Positions 23,497 through 34,726 of a stretch of DNA of 64,000 nt are shown here, piece after piece. Location of the stretch: the IMG/VR virus record IMGVR_UViG_3300035698_008372, positions 1 to 64,000 of that record; one strand, 5' to 3'. Below the pieces are notes generated by a model. The model ran no database searches and was not told where the DNA came from. It saw nothing but the letters and a program-made list of their open reading frames with translations. Position 1 is the stretch's first letter. Each line of letters starts with the position of its first letter. The position numbers and the translations under genes are program-made. Origin of the DNA: a virus.

Positions 23497-23531
23497 AACG
23501 ACTAAGTTTACTGATAGGTAACATAAATAAG

Positions 23532-23558
23532 AAACCCCTAGAAATAGGGGTTTTTTTT
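23532..23558 (+). terminator. Intrinsic terminator after the major capsid gene
   Basis: AAACCCCTA-GAAA-TAGGGGTTT plus T run. Confidence 0.85.
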
Positions 23559-23629
23559 GCGCAAAAACGAAAATAAATTATCTTTTGGGCACCTTCCCTA
23601 CTATTTATAGTAAAGAGGAATAAAGACCA

Positions 23630-24520
23630 ATGAGTAAAATAACAGAACATAGTGAGTGGAAAAGGAATTGCCCAGATTGTGGGGATACCCTATATTATAG
23701 TTGCAAACGATACCTAAATCGGGCCGCGGATAATAAATCGGTGTGCCGTTCATGCCGATCACTGCCGGATTCAATGAAAGAGAAACTTTCAGAATATTGG
23801 ACTGGCCGCAAACGTGAAAATTACGCTAAAGTTCATCCGTGGACAACGGGACCCACAGAGTGGAGAAATGATTGCCCTGATTGCGGAAAAGAACGGTATT
23901 TTTCATCAAAATTCAACATGAAAAATTCTATCAAAAAGGGTACAATCTGTAATAGCTGCTCCACAATAAAATTTAAAAAGGGATTTTGGGATGGGAAATG
24001 TACAGACGCTCAAATCAAACAAATGAGAGCCACCAAAGCCGGCTTCACGGGCTGGGATGAGTACAAACTCAAATATCCAGTTAAGAAGCAATACCAGCTT
24101 GAGGTTCGTCGCCTGACGCGGCAACAGCCGCTACAGGAACTCCCAGGATACGACAGGTTGCAATCCGATCGTGGGCTGAATGGGGTAGAGGGCGCGTACC
24201 AACTGGATCATGTGGTGTCTATAGACAGTGGTTGGCAATTGGGGATACCTCCAGAGTATATTGCACACATCTCAAATTTGAAGGTTATTACATGGGCAGA
24301 AAATATCAGTAAAGGCAAGGACTTCCTGGTAGGCTATAAAGGACAAACGACAATGGGAGATGGTATTGTTAATGTTCCACATGTGCCGCTATTCGGTGGA
24401 TTCATCGAGGGCGATTTCCCGCCGACTGGAAGCTGGCTAGAGGACACCGAGTATCTCAAGCAACAGATAATAAGTGCAATGGGTGTGCCAAAGGAATATT
24501 TAACAAGAGGAGACGAATAA
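23630..24520 (+). CDS. HNH endonuclease-like protein with zinc ribbons and C-terminal capsid/portal-like segments
   Basis: CPDCG twice; YQLDH...SNLKVITWAENISK; see findings for the C-terminus. Confidence 0.75.
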   Translation: MSKITEHSEWKRNCPDCGDTLYYSCKRYLNRAADNKSVCRSCRSLPDSMKEKLSEYWTGRKRENYAKVHPWTTGPTEWRNDCPDCGKERYFSSKFNMKNSIKKGTICNSCSTIKFKKGFWDGKCTDAQIKQMRATKAGFTGWDEYKLKYPVKKQYQLEVRRLTRQQPLQELPGYDRLQSDRGLNGVEGAYQLDHVVSIDSGWQLGIPPEYIAHISNLKVITWAENISKGKDFLVGYKGQTTMGDGIVNVPHVPLFGGFIEGDFPPTGSWLEDTEYLKQQIISAMGVPKEYLTRGDE

Positions 24521-24824
24521 AATGGCTGGATTGGATTGGATTTCGAAAAAGGATTTTAAACTAACAACAATACAGAGAAAATTTATTGATAAATTGTTGG
24601 AAAATGATATATCAGCGATCAGTACAAAATATAAGGGTGAACTATTTATTGTACTTGAAAGTGAAAAAGATGGAACACAAAAAGTTAAACATGATCATGT
24701 GGCTCTTGAATTTTCGGATGCGAGTCGTGTATTTAAACTAACCACTAAAGATTTTGATACCATTCAGACTAGATATGGTAAATATTATATAAGATTTAAT
24801 AATGAAAATAAATTAAAATAACGG

Positions 24825-24853
24825 TTGACTTTGTCAGTATAATCTTGCATCTT
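24825..24853 (+). promoter_or_regulatory. Early sigma70-type promoter repeat, copy 1
   Basis: TTGACT-17 nt-CATCTT. Confidence 0.75.
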
Positions 24854-26117
24854 CAGGTATGATAAGAGAGGACAACCAAACCGTGAAAACCCACAAAAAA
24901 ATTAAAATTGAAACTGGCGTCTATAAATATAGGGGCTTTTGGTGTTGTGTCAATGAGGAAACTCCCACTGGTTATTGGGGCAGATGGTCAGCTTCCACTG
25001 GAATCATCACTGATTCATTGAAAAATTGTATGAGACAAATAGACGGGAAATTGGACAAATAAATGAAAGAATACCAAATTCCCAAAGAATTACAATCGGA
25101 AACGGATACATTCGAATTTTTTAGAAAAGTACGATTGTTGTATCCAGCGTTGAAAAATAAAAATTTAAGATATGATAAATATAAAAAAACCGTAACTGTT
25201 TTGAGAAGAAAAAGAAAGTAGAATTATGTTTAAAGTTGGATTGTATATGACAATATATGGGACGGGTATGGTATTGTTAGGCGTATCGTTGCCATTGGGT
25301 ATTGCTATGGGTTTGGTTGGGGTATTTGGCGTTTATTATGAATATGACAATAAGGGTTAATTAAATGAAAGCTGAATTTTTAAAGGAATTGAAAGCATTA
25401 TTGGAAAAATATGATGCTTCCCTAGATGTCGAAGAACGTAACGATGGTAGTTGGTATCCCATTACAGAATTGGAAATATATTTCGATAAAACTGGTGACA
25501 GGATTGAATTGGCTAAATATAATGACGCCAATTCTCTTGAAATAGAAATAAAAAACGAATTGGACAAATAATGAAAGTTAGACAACAAATAGTACCGATG
25601 CATAGGGGAGTTCAATATTCAGATAAGGTGCATGACGTTGATGCGTTTAGTGAATTGACTCAAACATTTATACGGAGTGCTTTTGATAGTGATGAGGGCG
25701 ATGTGATTCCAAAGCGTGTTATTACTGAGTATGAAGATCGTATGGTTATTTTTGAAAGGCTGGACGATTAAATGAAAATTAAAAAAGACGAAAAGTTATG
25801 GATGGTTCCAACTCGGTATTGGGAAACAACTGAGCCGGAATCATGTATTGGGCTCACCGATGACGTTTATAGTGGTAAACATGCCTATGTGTTTTTAGAG
25901 CATTATGGTTATAATGCGTATGTTAAAATTGAAGACTTATTTCATATTAAAGAAAATGCCATTAAAGTAGCTGAAGCGCGGGCCATTATAAAAGATGCAA
26001 ATTTTAATGATGAAGGAAGTGAAATTGATATTGATGATTTCATTGAACAAGTCAGAGCGAGTGGATAATTAAATGGATGCTGCTACAGAAAAATAATGAT
26101 TTATAAACGAAATTAAT

Positions 26118-26142
26118 AGCCCCAGCAATGGGGCTTTTTTTT
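26118..26142 (+). terminator. Intrinsic terminator
   Basis: AGCCCCA-GCAA-TGGGGCT plus T run. Confidence 0.85.
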
Positions 26143-27267
26143 GTGCTAAAATAAATCGGGGTTTTGAGAGTGCCCATTACTATTTATAAAAAAAGGAATA
26201 GAATAATGGACTATAATAAAAAATACATATTCATATCAGATGGAACTTGGTTTGATAAGGGTACTGAATGTACCGTTGAAGATGGAGATTCCATGTGGTC
26301 GTATGGGATATGGAACTATGGTACTGCTAAAAAGGAATTTACCCTTGAAGAAATGAATGAGCACAGAGGTGATATTGGCGGCATATTCAGAGGGATTAGA
26401 ACATGTGAAAATTCTGCAGCTGAAGGTGGCAGGCCGGTTGGTGAAAAATATGATGATGGTGAAGTATGTGGTATGGATGAATTTGAGATAAGGAGAATAT
26501 AGATGAAGTTTAATAGAAATGACATGGTAAAATGGAACGGCGAGCTATATGAGTTTGGGTATTATAATGCTAATAGGGCTATTATATACAGACCCGGTGA
26601 GACTGATAAGGACAATAGGTATATTACAGTATTGGTAGAGGAGTTACAGGCTTCAGGCAAGCAATTGTTGAAGGGCAACGAATAGGTGAGCAACAATAAA
26701 TACAGAAAATTGGTTGCCAAAGGCCGCGGCGAATGGATAAAAAAGTGGTTCGGCGGCTCGACTGAAACCGATCCAGTAATAGATGGTAATACAGTGCCAT
26801 ACGAAGAATTAATAGTCGGATTCAGAAGATTTTCGACTGATCAGGAAATATTTTTTAATAAACCATTTGGAGAAGATAGATAATGAGTAAAAAGGTTACA
26901 TTAATTAGTAAGAACTATTATGCCGAAGAATTGGGTGACATTGAACAAGATGTCAGTGATGCGATTCAAGATTCAAAGGTTATGGCAGATGATACGGATG
27001 AACACGGATTTACCAAAGGTCACTTGACTGTTATAATAGAATATATTCCAGAGAGTGAGGACAAACCATGCAAGTCATATATGGGGGTTGGCCCAGGACA
27101 TCAGAGCAGGTTGCAATGTGAGGAACAGGGCACGCATGTAATCCATAGGGCATATTATGATTATGGTGGATATACCGCATATTGGAAAGGCAACGAAGCC
27201 TTTTCGGGATTTTTTGATGATGTCCCCGGTAATGGTGATTTGGAAGTTGAATATTACGAGGAACATA

Positions 27268-27627
27268 ATGAAGATTAAATTTAGAATATGGGATGGTGAA
27301 AAAATGACATACCTGAATAATTGTGGCTATGCTATGGCTACATTATTCTTCACCAATTCAGGCCATAATGATACTGGCAGTTGTAATGAGGGTTATAATT
27401 TGGATCATGTCAAAGTGATGCAATTTATTGGTATGATGGATACCAACGGTAAGGAAATATTTGAAGGTGATATTGTGGAGTACGAGAATGGCAATGCTGG
27501 CTACGGCAGGCCGAGATCAGAAGAATTGAGCAGATATACGATTCCACCGATAATGGAAATTGAAGATGACATGCTGCCGTTTATTAGGTATAGTGAGGTC
27601 GTCGGGAATACAGTGGAGACTGAATAA
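27268..27627 (+). CDS. YopX family protein
   Basis: IKFRIWD...MQFIG..D.NGKEIFEGDIV...EVVGN. Confidence 0.85.
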   Translation: MKIKFRIWDGEKMTYLNNCGYAMATLFFTNSGHNDTGSCNEGYNLDHVKVMQFIGMMDTNGKEIFEGDIVEYENGNAGYGRPRSEELSRYTIPPIMEIEDDMLPFIRYSEVVGNTVETE

Positions 27628-28661
27628 TGGAAGAAACGATTAAAAAATTGGCGGACAACATGATATTTGTCAAGATACAGCCCAAGAGAATAGATGGGGA
27701 TTGGGCATTTAGGTATGTGTGGGAACGGTTTAATGCAAATGGTGATAGCATGTATATGTCAGAATGGGGAGGTTTTGAAGAAGTGATGGATTGTGTGAAT
27801 GGCGCGTTGGGGCATGTTAATGATTAAATTGATGAGTTTGATGGAAGAAAGACGCCAGCTGGAATATGACATTGTTGCATTCGAAAAGGGTGGATTCTCA
27901 ACAACGTGGGAGAGCATACAGCTTTGGTGGTTGGATTACCGAATTGGAAAATTGGCAATGAAAAGGAATATGGATGATGAATAAAGCCGAATATAACATA
28001 GTGGTACGCAACCAACAATGGAATAGCCATACCAAAAAATATTCGTATGATAACTTTAGTTATGAAGCCGGATGGGAATGCTTTCAGATTAAGGATAAAC
28101 GTATGGATGGATCGGGTCATGTCATTGCTGTGTATCCATTTCACAATTGGCATTTGACATTGGAGAAGAAATAATGATAGAACGGTTATTAAACACATAT
28201 ACGATATTGAGGACAAATGCTGATGGATCGGCCGCCTATATATCCGAATTTGTGGAAAAAGAAGAGGCCCAACGCAGGTTGGGTGTATTTCTCAGTGAAC
28301 AAATTGATCCACTTGTTACATTCACTTTGATTAAATATAGGGGTGATAGCAATGATTAAATTGGAAAAAACTGGTGACTTGGGCGAGATGTTTGACATGA
28401 TTGCAGAATTTGTGTATGAGTATTGGGATGGTGAATCCGATCCTTTTGTACATGGTCAGGGTAAGACAATTGCAATAGAATTGGGCGGACCCGAAAAACC
28501 GATGGGGGTGCGAATTCCATGACTATTATCATGTTAAGGGATCGGATAATTCAGAGACTTCTACTGACAGGATTGAGGGCCCTCCCGTTTTCACCCAAGA
28601 AAGTGATAACGATGTGACTGATTCTCATTCTCAATTAGATAAAAATAAATTAAAATAACGG

Positions 28662-28690
28662 TTGACTTTGTCGTTTTTATCTTGTATCTT
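28662..28690 (+). promoter_or_regulatory. Early promoter repeat, copy 2
   Basis: TTGACT-17-TATCTT. Confidence 0.85.
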
Positions 28691-28864
28691 CAGGTATGAG
28701 AGAAACAGAACTAAAGAAATTAACATTGCCGAAAGTCTAATAATGCCCCGGTCGCCTCCCACATAAAATAATAAGAATTATAAAATATATTACAATAATA
28801 GATATACCAAGGGCCCATCATCGTATGGGCCCTTAATAGTTTGCAAAATAAATTAAAATAACGG

Positions 28865-28893
28865 TTGACTTTGTCGTTTTTATCTTGTATCTT
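28865..28893 (+). promoter_or_regulatory. Early promoter repeat, copy 3
   Basis: TTGACT-17-TATCTT followed by the AAGGA leader. Confidence 0.85.
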
Positions 28894-29520
28894 CAGGTAT
28901 GATAAGAAAAGGAAACAAAATGAAAATCGAACCAAGAAATTTTAATGATACACAAGTAACTTTTAACCGAATCGGCTGGAAGGGCAAAACCTATCAGTAC
29001 CGAGGATATGATTACGCCCACAACCCCAAAGCTTTGTATGAGGCCAACGCTGATGAAACGGCATTGGATAGTAGGGTAATGGATTTGTTTAAATCCCCAG
29101 TGGGTGAAACTTCAATTTATAAGAACATCCCAATGGAATACCGTTGGAACCCGCTCATCAGAGGCATGATGATGTCGGGAACATATCGTATTAAGTATCG
29201 CGGCCCTTCAAAGCCCGAATTTCTATTCACACGACCACAAGCGCATACGTTAGCAGAATACGCCGACACATTCACAATCTATCCGAGATAAGCATGGGAT
29301 TTTTTACAAGATTATTTGGACAAGAATGTAAGGTCAGATTTGAGGGGACTCTCTATGATGGCAGAGTTTTTACTGGCAAGTGTAGAATTGAAACATTCAA
29401 TATAAATAATGATGAATTGGAACAAAATCTGAAAAATCATATTTTTGTGGAAACTGGTGATAAGGTGGGATCGGTAAAAGTATTGGGATTTGCAGAACAT
29501 TAGGAAAAGTCTTATCATAG

Positions 29521-29547
29521 AAAGCCTCAGCAATGGGGCTTTTTTTA
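29521..29547 (+). terminator. Intrinsic terminator
   Basis: AAAGCCTCA-GCAA-TGGGGCTTT plus T run. Confidence 0.8.
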
Positions 29548-30655
29548 GCTGCAGTATGTCCACGAATACTGGACATACTAGCCGCATATCATGCAATTAA
29601 AATAAGTGTGACGTTTGGTGGGTCTTGTGTATATGTATATATAAAGGAGATCGTATGCGGGATAATATATATTTTAGAATGCACCTTACTGAAAATGAAC
29701 ACTATTTTATGGAATCTGAATTCAAAAAGGCCTGTGCCGAATATGGGTGTGAATTGGCATATTACAGAAAAATGAAGAATGGTCACATTCCAATGATTAG
29801 GGAATGTAAAATTACTGGCGGCAAATTGGGCAAATTCAAAGGATTTCTGAAGCAGGAAAAATATGATAAACATGTCGTGGATAGGAAGTGCTTTTCAGAG
29901 CACCCCGATATGATGTGTGAAGATTGCAATTGCTGGAAACAAGTAAGGGCGTATTGTTCATAATGAGGGATAAAAGATATATAATAGAGGGCGTTAAAGG
30001 TCTGAAGGATTGGTTTGCAAAGGAAATAGAGGAACAGGGTTCCGAGAAAACGGAAGTGCTCGATTTACTACAGGATGTATTGGATGAACTCAATAAGCCC
30101 GATCCACAACCAGAAATTAGGGAAGTATTGCCACCAGGTATGTGTCCAATGTGTCATAGCTTCTTTTGTAGTGGAAATTGTTTCAAATAGATAAGGAGAT
30201 AAAAAGATGGTATTGGAAATATTATTTGTATTGTGTATTGTGTTATATTGGGTTGCCGAGGGGGTAACCGAAGGATTTACTTGGGCATCACATGACCAAC
30301 GGACCGTAAATAAATTGATTCATCTAAACAATGGAACAAACGGATTAATGGATTATCACGGATGGCGCCTCTTTGAAAATATTGGGATTTGGGGAGCGGT
30401 GATTATTGCATTTTTTATTGATTTGCCGATTTTAAGCTTTTTCTTACTGGGAGTGGGGGCGTGGTTGATAGGAACGGCATTGTATGAAATGGCACTTAAT
30501 CATGTGAATACTGGGAGTATTTACAAGACTAACGATTTCAGGTGGCACATATTTGGAAAAGATATTAGAACGGTGACGGGGAAACTGATATGGGTATTAT
30601 TTTTCCTCGGGGTATTATTATTGATATTATTTATTTTGTAAATGGCAGAAAACGC

Positions 30656-30684
30656 TTGACTTTGTCAATATAATCTTGTATATT
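30656..30684 (+). promoter_or_regulatory. Early promoter repeat, copy 4
   Basis: TTGACT-17-TATATT. Confidence 0.85.
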
Positions 30685-32046
30685 CAGGTATGATAAGAAA
30701 AGGAAAACAAATGAATTTAAGAGAAATGACACCACAAGAACGAGAAGTAACAATGGCTGAATGGCGGGAAAAAGACAGTCTCAAACAAGAAGCTGAAATG
30801 GCCGAACGCCACAAAATTAAGGAGTTCGCTAATTTATGTGGATATTCAGACGTTGAACCTTATGAAGTTGTTGAAACTCGTACTCCTAATAAGGTTATGA
30901 TTCGATTTATGGATTCTGAAATGCTTACACCGGCTAAGTGTGTAGCAATTGGTGGATTCGTTGGTCACTTTGATAACTATACTCAGACTTGGGAAAACTC
31001 TTCAAATGAAGAATATCCTTTGGTGGCAATCCGTTGGTCAAAGGCTAAGGGATACTGGTTTGATAAGTACGGAAGACGCTTTAGTATGTCTGATAAAGCT
31101 GTCAAATTTTACGATAACAACTTCTAAGAAAGGCCCATATAATGGCTTACATGTCTCAAGAAAATAAGAAATCAAAGGCTCCAAAAATCAAAGCTTTGTT
31201 GAAGGAATATGGAATCAAAGGATCGTTGGCCGTACGGAATTACAGCACATTGGTTCTAAATTTAAAGGGCGGCACGATTGATTTCATCGGCGAATATAAC
31301 AAACAGGTGGATGCTCAGAATTCCAGGGTTGGTCAGTATAGAGCTGAAGGTTATATGGATGTTAATACTTATTGGTATATGGAACATTTCACTGGAGAGG
31401 CCAAGGAATTTTTTGGTAAGGTTCTTGAAATTATGAATGATGGGAACCACGATAATTCGGATGCTCAGGTTGATTATTTCGACGTGGGTTGGTATTCCAA
31501 TATTAATGTTGGTAAGTGGAATAAACCATACGAATATGTTGCACCGATATTGGAGCATGATAATGAGTAAATTAAGTAAAGCACACAAAGCATTTATTGT
31601 AGAATCCGCTATGGATTATCTTGGGGTCAGTGATAGAAATCCCGAAGTGGGTATGGGCATGTTTGCCTTTACCGCTGTGGACCTTGCGGTGGCAGAATTT
31701 AAAGAAACGGCCGAACTTTTCGGGCCGGTAATTGATGTTTCTCAAGCTGAAAAGGATGAAATTGAAGAAGAGGTCGTTCGATTACGAACATGGCCAAATG
31801 GAGCACACTAATGGCAGATAAAATTAAGTGGTTGACAAAAGTGGAAGATATCGAGGGTTCTGGGATAGAAGTGCTCGAGAATTCACTATTAACTACAGAT
31901 GGTAAGGGTAAAGAATTTAAACAGTTGGTACTCGATGAATTGAAGTACCAATTGACTAACCAACTCATAGAACGGAATGCCCATCTTGAGAGATTGGTGA
32001 GCTCGTATGAAGTGGGTATTGATCCCTACGCACGGAACTTGTAATC

Positions 32047-32487
32047 ATGACAAATAATTATATGGTATCGGGTAGTGTGGGGGGTTTCTACGGCGGGTCT
32101 GTTCCATCTGGGTGGGTGCAAATGCAATACGATGTGCCGAAACCATTCACAGAATGGGAATCTAAAATTGGAAAATCTAACAATTGGTGAAATGGTGTAA
32201 ATGCAATCCCAGAATTTAAATCCAAGATACCAAGAAAAAACCCGTGGCTGGATATGTGGTATCCAAAGGTAACCATCGCGATGGTTGGTTTGCCGGCTGT
32301 AAGGAATGCATTTCCTCAACAAATAGCTCAACAAATAGTCAGTGTTCAACCTATGGGAACCCCAAAAGGGGTGACATACTATATGGATGAAATTTATGAA
32401 AAAAATAAATATAAACGGGCGTGGAATAAATTCAAACGATTATGCCAATTTGGGACAACCAAACTATTTATTGGAAAGCAAAAATAA
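32047..32487 (+). CDS. Protein containing a major-capsid (Gol-region) segment, 1 in-frame TGA (32188)
   Basis: ATG 32047 lies 2 nt after the previous stop and is in frame with track ORF 32254..32487; 18/35 ungapped identity to this phage's MCP. Confidence 0.65.
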
Positions 32488-32490
32488 CGG

Positions 32491-32519
32491 TTGACTTTGT
32501 CATAAATATCTTGTATCTT
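32491..32519 (+). promoter_or_regulatory. Early promoter repeat, copy 5
   Basis: TTGACT-17-TATCTT. Confidence 0.85.
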
Positions 32520-32544
32520 CAAGTATGAAAAGAAAAGGAATATT

Positions 32545-33336
32545 ATGGATTTATTAGACAAAATTATAGCTTATGAACAAGGTGAACTTGGGAGTGACGC
32601 AACGATTGATTTATTTTCGGAACTGGTAATAAGTGGCCAAGCATGGTCATTACAGGGTCATTATGGCCGAACCGCTTCCCAATTGGTTACTGAAGGTTTC
32701 TTAGCTGAAACTGGTGAGGTTTTAAGATATTTCGACAGTGAGGTGGCATAATGTGGTATCGCATCAAATACCGTGTCGCGATGGCATGGATTAACGCAAT
32801 TCTATTAGGAGATTTAATAATGGAAAAATTACAATGGGTAAAGTTTTACACAATTCAATCAACCGTATATGTACTATACGGGTTAAATTCGGTAATTAGA
32901 GTATAATTGATGAATAAATATATTAATAAGTATTTTGAATGGGTCACGTCGTTTAGTACGGGGCAACGATTTATGATATTTGTATCATTATTTGCTCTGG
33001 CCATAGTAGTTAATGTAAACGGAGCGGTGTGGCTGGGGTATCCTATGCTTTTTCTAGCTGGAAACTTTTTTCCATCGTCACTATTATTTAAAGGAAAAAG
33101 ATAAAATGCGTTCCGTCATTTTAAAGAGTAAAGAATCAATTATAGTGGGTGACCACATCTATCAAATGGATGAACAGGGTGAACCCAACAGGGATATTGA
33201 ACCGATCCACATTGAATTGGCGGCATGTAGTGATGACTATTTAAAGTCATTGTCACAAATGGAATTATTGGCGTTCGCTAATTATTTCAGTGAATATAGA
33301 GAAGTTTACTTCGGAGGGTACACATTCAATGCTTAA
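32545..33336 (+). other. Small hypothetical early genes (32545, 32910 membrane, 33106)
   Basis: ORF track. Confidence 0.6.
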
Positions 33337-33640
33337 TACGGAAGAAGCATATAAGACAGTAATTGACATTTTGATATCATATTCCGATACTCAGAAACTT
33401 GAGTTGTTCCACTATATCGCCAAGAACTACCCCGATTCTATGGCCGATTCGGCAATGGAAATGTATGGTGGTATAGTTTCTGGTGAAAAGGTTTCCGCGG
33501 AAATTATTGAATATCTAAGGCAGAATAAAAAAATTAACGCTATTAAGGTGTACCGATCAACGTCTGGTATGGGGTTAAAGGAATCTAAGGATTTTATTGA
33601 CGAGGTTGATAGGGACTTACGCAGAAGAGGAATAATTTAA
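33329..33640 (+). CDS. Protein with ribosomal bL12 C-terminal-domain-like motif
   Basis: KKINAIKVYRSTSGMGLKESKDFID resembles the bL12 KI..IK.VR..TGLGLKEAKD.VE motif; GGAGG SD. Confidence 0.7.
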   Translation: MLNTEEAYKTVIDILISYSDTQKLELFHYIAKNYPDSMADSAMEMYGGIVSGEKVSAEIIEYLRQNKKINAIKVYRSTSGMGLKESKDFIDEVDRDLRRRGII

Positions 33641-33957
33641 TGCCAGTAATGGATAAAAATGAGTTGCCAAAAAGACAGCGATTGCAGATTGATTTGGACG
33701 GTCCCGATGGTAACGCTTTTGTTATATTAGGTTACACCAAATCCCTTTGCAAATCGGTTGGGTACAATGAACAACAGGCAAAGAAAATTTCAGCTGAAAT
33801 GAAGGAATCCGATTATGATCACTTATTATTGGTATTCTTGAAATATTTCGACGCTTATGTGGATATATGGACTTCCAATGCAGACCTACTCAAAACATTG
33901 AATGATCATGTGAAACACAAAATGTTTGCAGACGATATATTGGAACATGAAGATTGA
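33640..33957 (+). CDS. Phage hypothetical protein (GPDGNAF motif)
   Basis: ORF track; ends at TGA, with a TAA 7 codons later if read through. Confidence 0.7.
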   Translation: MPVMDKNELPKRQRLQIDLDGPDGNAFVILGYTKSLCKSVGYNEQQAKKISAEMKESDYDHLLLVFLKYFDAYVDIWTSNADLLKTLNDHVKHKMFADDILEHED

Positions 33958-33978
33958 TCATATTCCGAATGAAAATAA

Positions 33979-34002
33979 AAAAGGCTCGTGAGAGCTTTTT
34001 TT
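33979..34002 (+). terminator. Intrinsic terminator
   Basis: AAGGCTC-GTGA-GAGCTTT plus T run. Confidence 0.75.
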
Positions 34003-34087
34003 GTGCCCAAAATTAATTTTGTTGATACTTAATTATAAGGGAATTACATGACTTAGTACCACATTTGCCGAATAAAGGAGAAATGTT

Positions 34088-34723
34088 ATGGCTAAGAAAA
34101 AAGCAAGTGGAGTTACAGAAATTATAATCGTATTGGATCGTTCAGGTTCAATGGGTGGTATTCGACTGGATACTATTGAAGGATTTAACAAATTTTTAGA
34201 AGATCAAAGGAAATTGGGTATCAATGGCAGAATGACATTGGCACAATTTGACGATAATTATCAGCTCGATTATGAGGGTGTGGATATCAATGATGTTAAA
34301 TATTTAGATGAATATACATACGAGCCACGGGGTATGACTGCATTATTTGATGCAGTTGGTAAAACCATTAATGACACCAAAAAAAGACTAAAAACGAATC
34401 CAGTAGATAATGTCGTATTTGTGGTGATAACAGATGGTCACGAAAACGCGAGCCAAGAGTTCAATCAAGAATCAGCATTCAAGATGATTACGGAATGTAA
34501 AGATGATAATGGCTGGGAATTTGTATTTTTAGGTGCGAATCAAGACGCTATTCAATCTGGTGGGCACATCGGCGTTAGGGCAGCAACTTCGGCCACATTT
34601 GATACATCGAATATACGCGCCGCGTATGATTCCCTTTCAAGTAATGTCAGGTCGTATAGATCAACGGGTGTTTCTGGAAGTTTGGATTGGTCGCAGGCTC
34701 AAAGGAAATCATTGGTAGAGTAG
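34088..34723 (+). CDS. von Willebrand factor A domain protein
   Basis: MIDAS DRSGS, T.LFDA, ITDGHEN. Confidence 0.9.
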   Translation: MAKKKASGVTEIIIVLDRSGSMGGIRLDTIEGFNKFLEDQRKLGINGRMTLAQFDDNYQLDYEGVDINDVKYLDEYTYEPRGMTALFDAVGKTINDTKKRLKTNPVDNVVFVVITDGHENASQEFNQESAFKMITECKDDNGWEFVFLGANQDAIQSGGHIGVRAATSATFDTSNIRAAYDSLSSNVRSYRSTGVSGSLDWSQAQRKSLVE

Positions 34724-34726
34724 CGG

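Larger units (their letters stand above)
24522..28540 (+). other. Run of about 16 small, tightly packed hypothetical early genes
   Basis: Abutting or overlapping short ORFs (24522, 24883, 25365, 25571, 25772, 26206, 26503, 26686, 26883, 27627, 27974, 28174, 28352 and others). Confidence 0.65.
28920..32044 (+). other. Small hypothetical early genes (28920, 29294, 29655, 29963, 30207 multi-TM, 30711, 31142, 31563, 31811)
   Basis: ORF track, coupled starts and stops; 30207..30641 has several hydrophobic segments. Confidence 0.65.

Noticed and set aside
26686-26883. Third capsid-fragment ORF (KLVAK; LIVGFR versus MCP ILVGFR)
   Set aside because: Only short 4-residue matches; not distinguishable from chance without a profile search.
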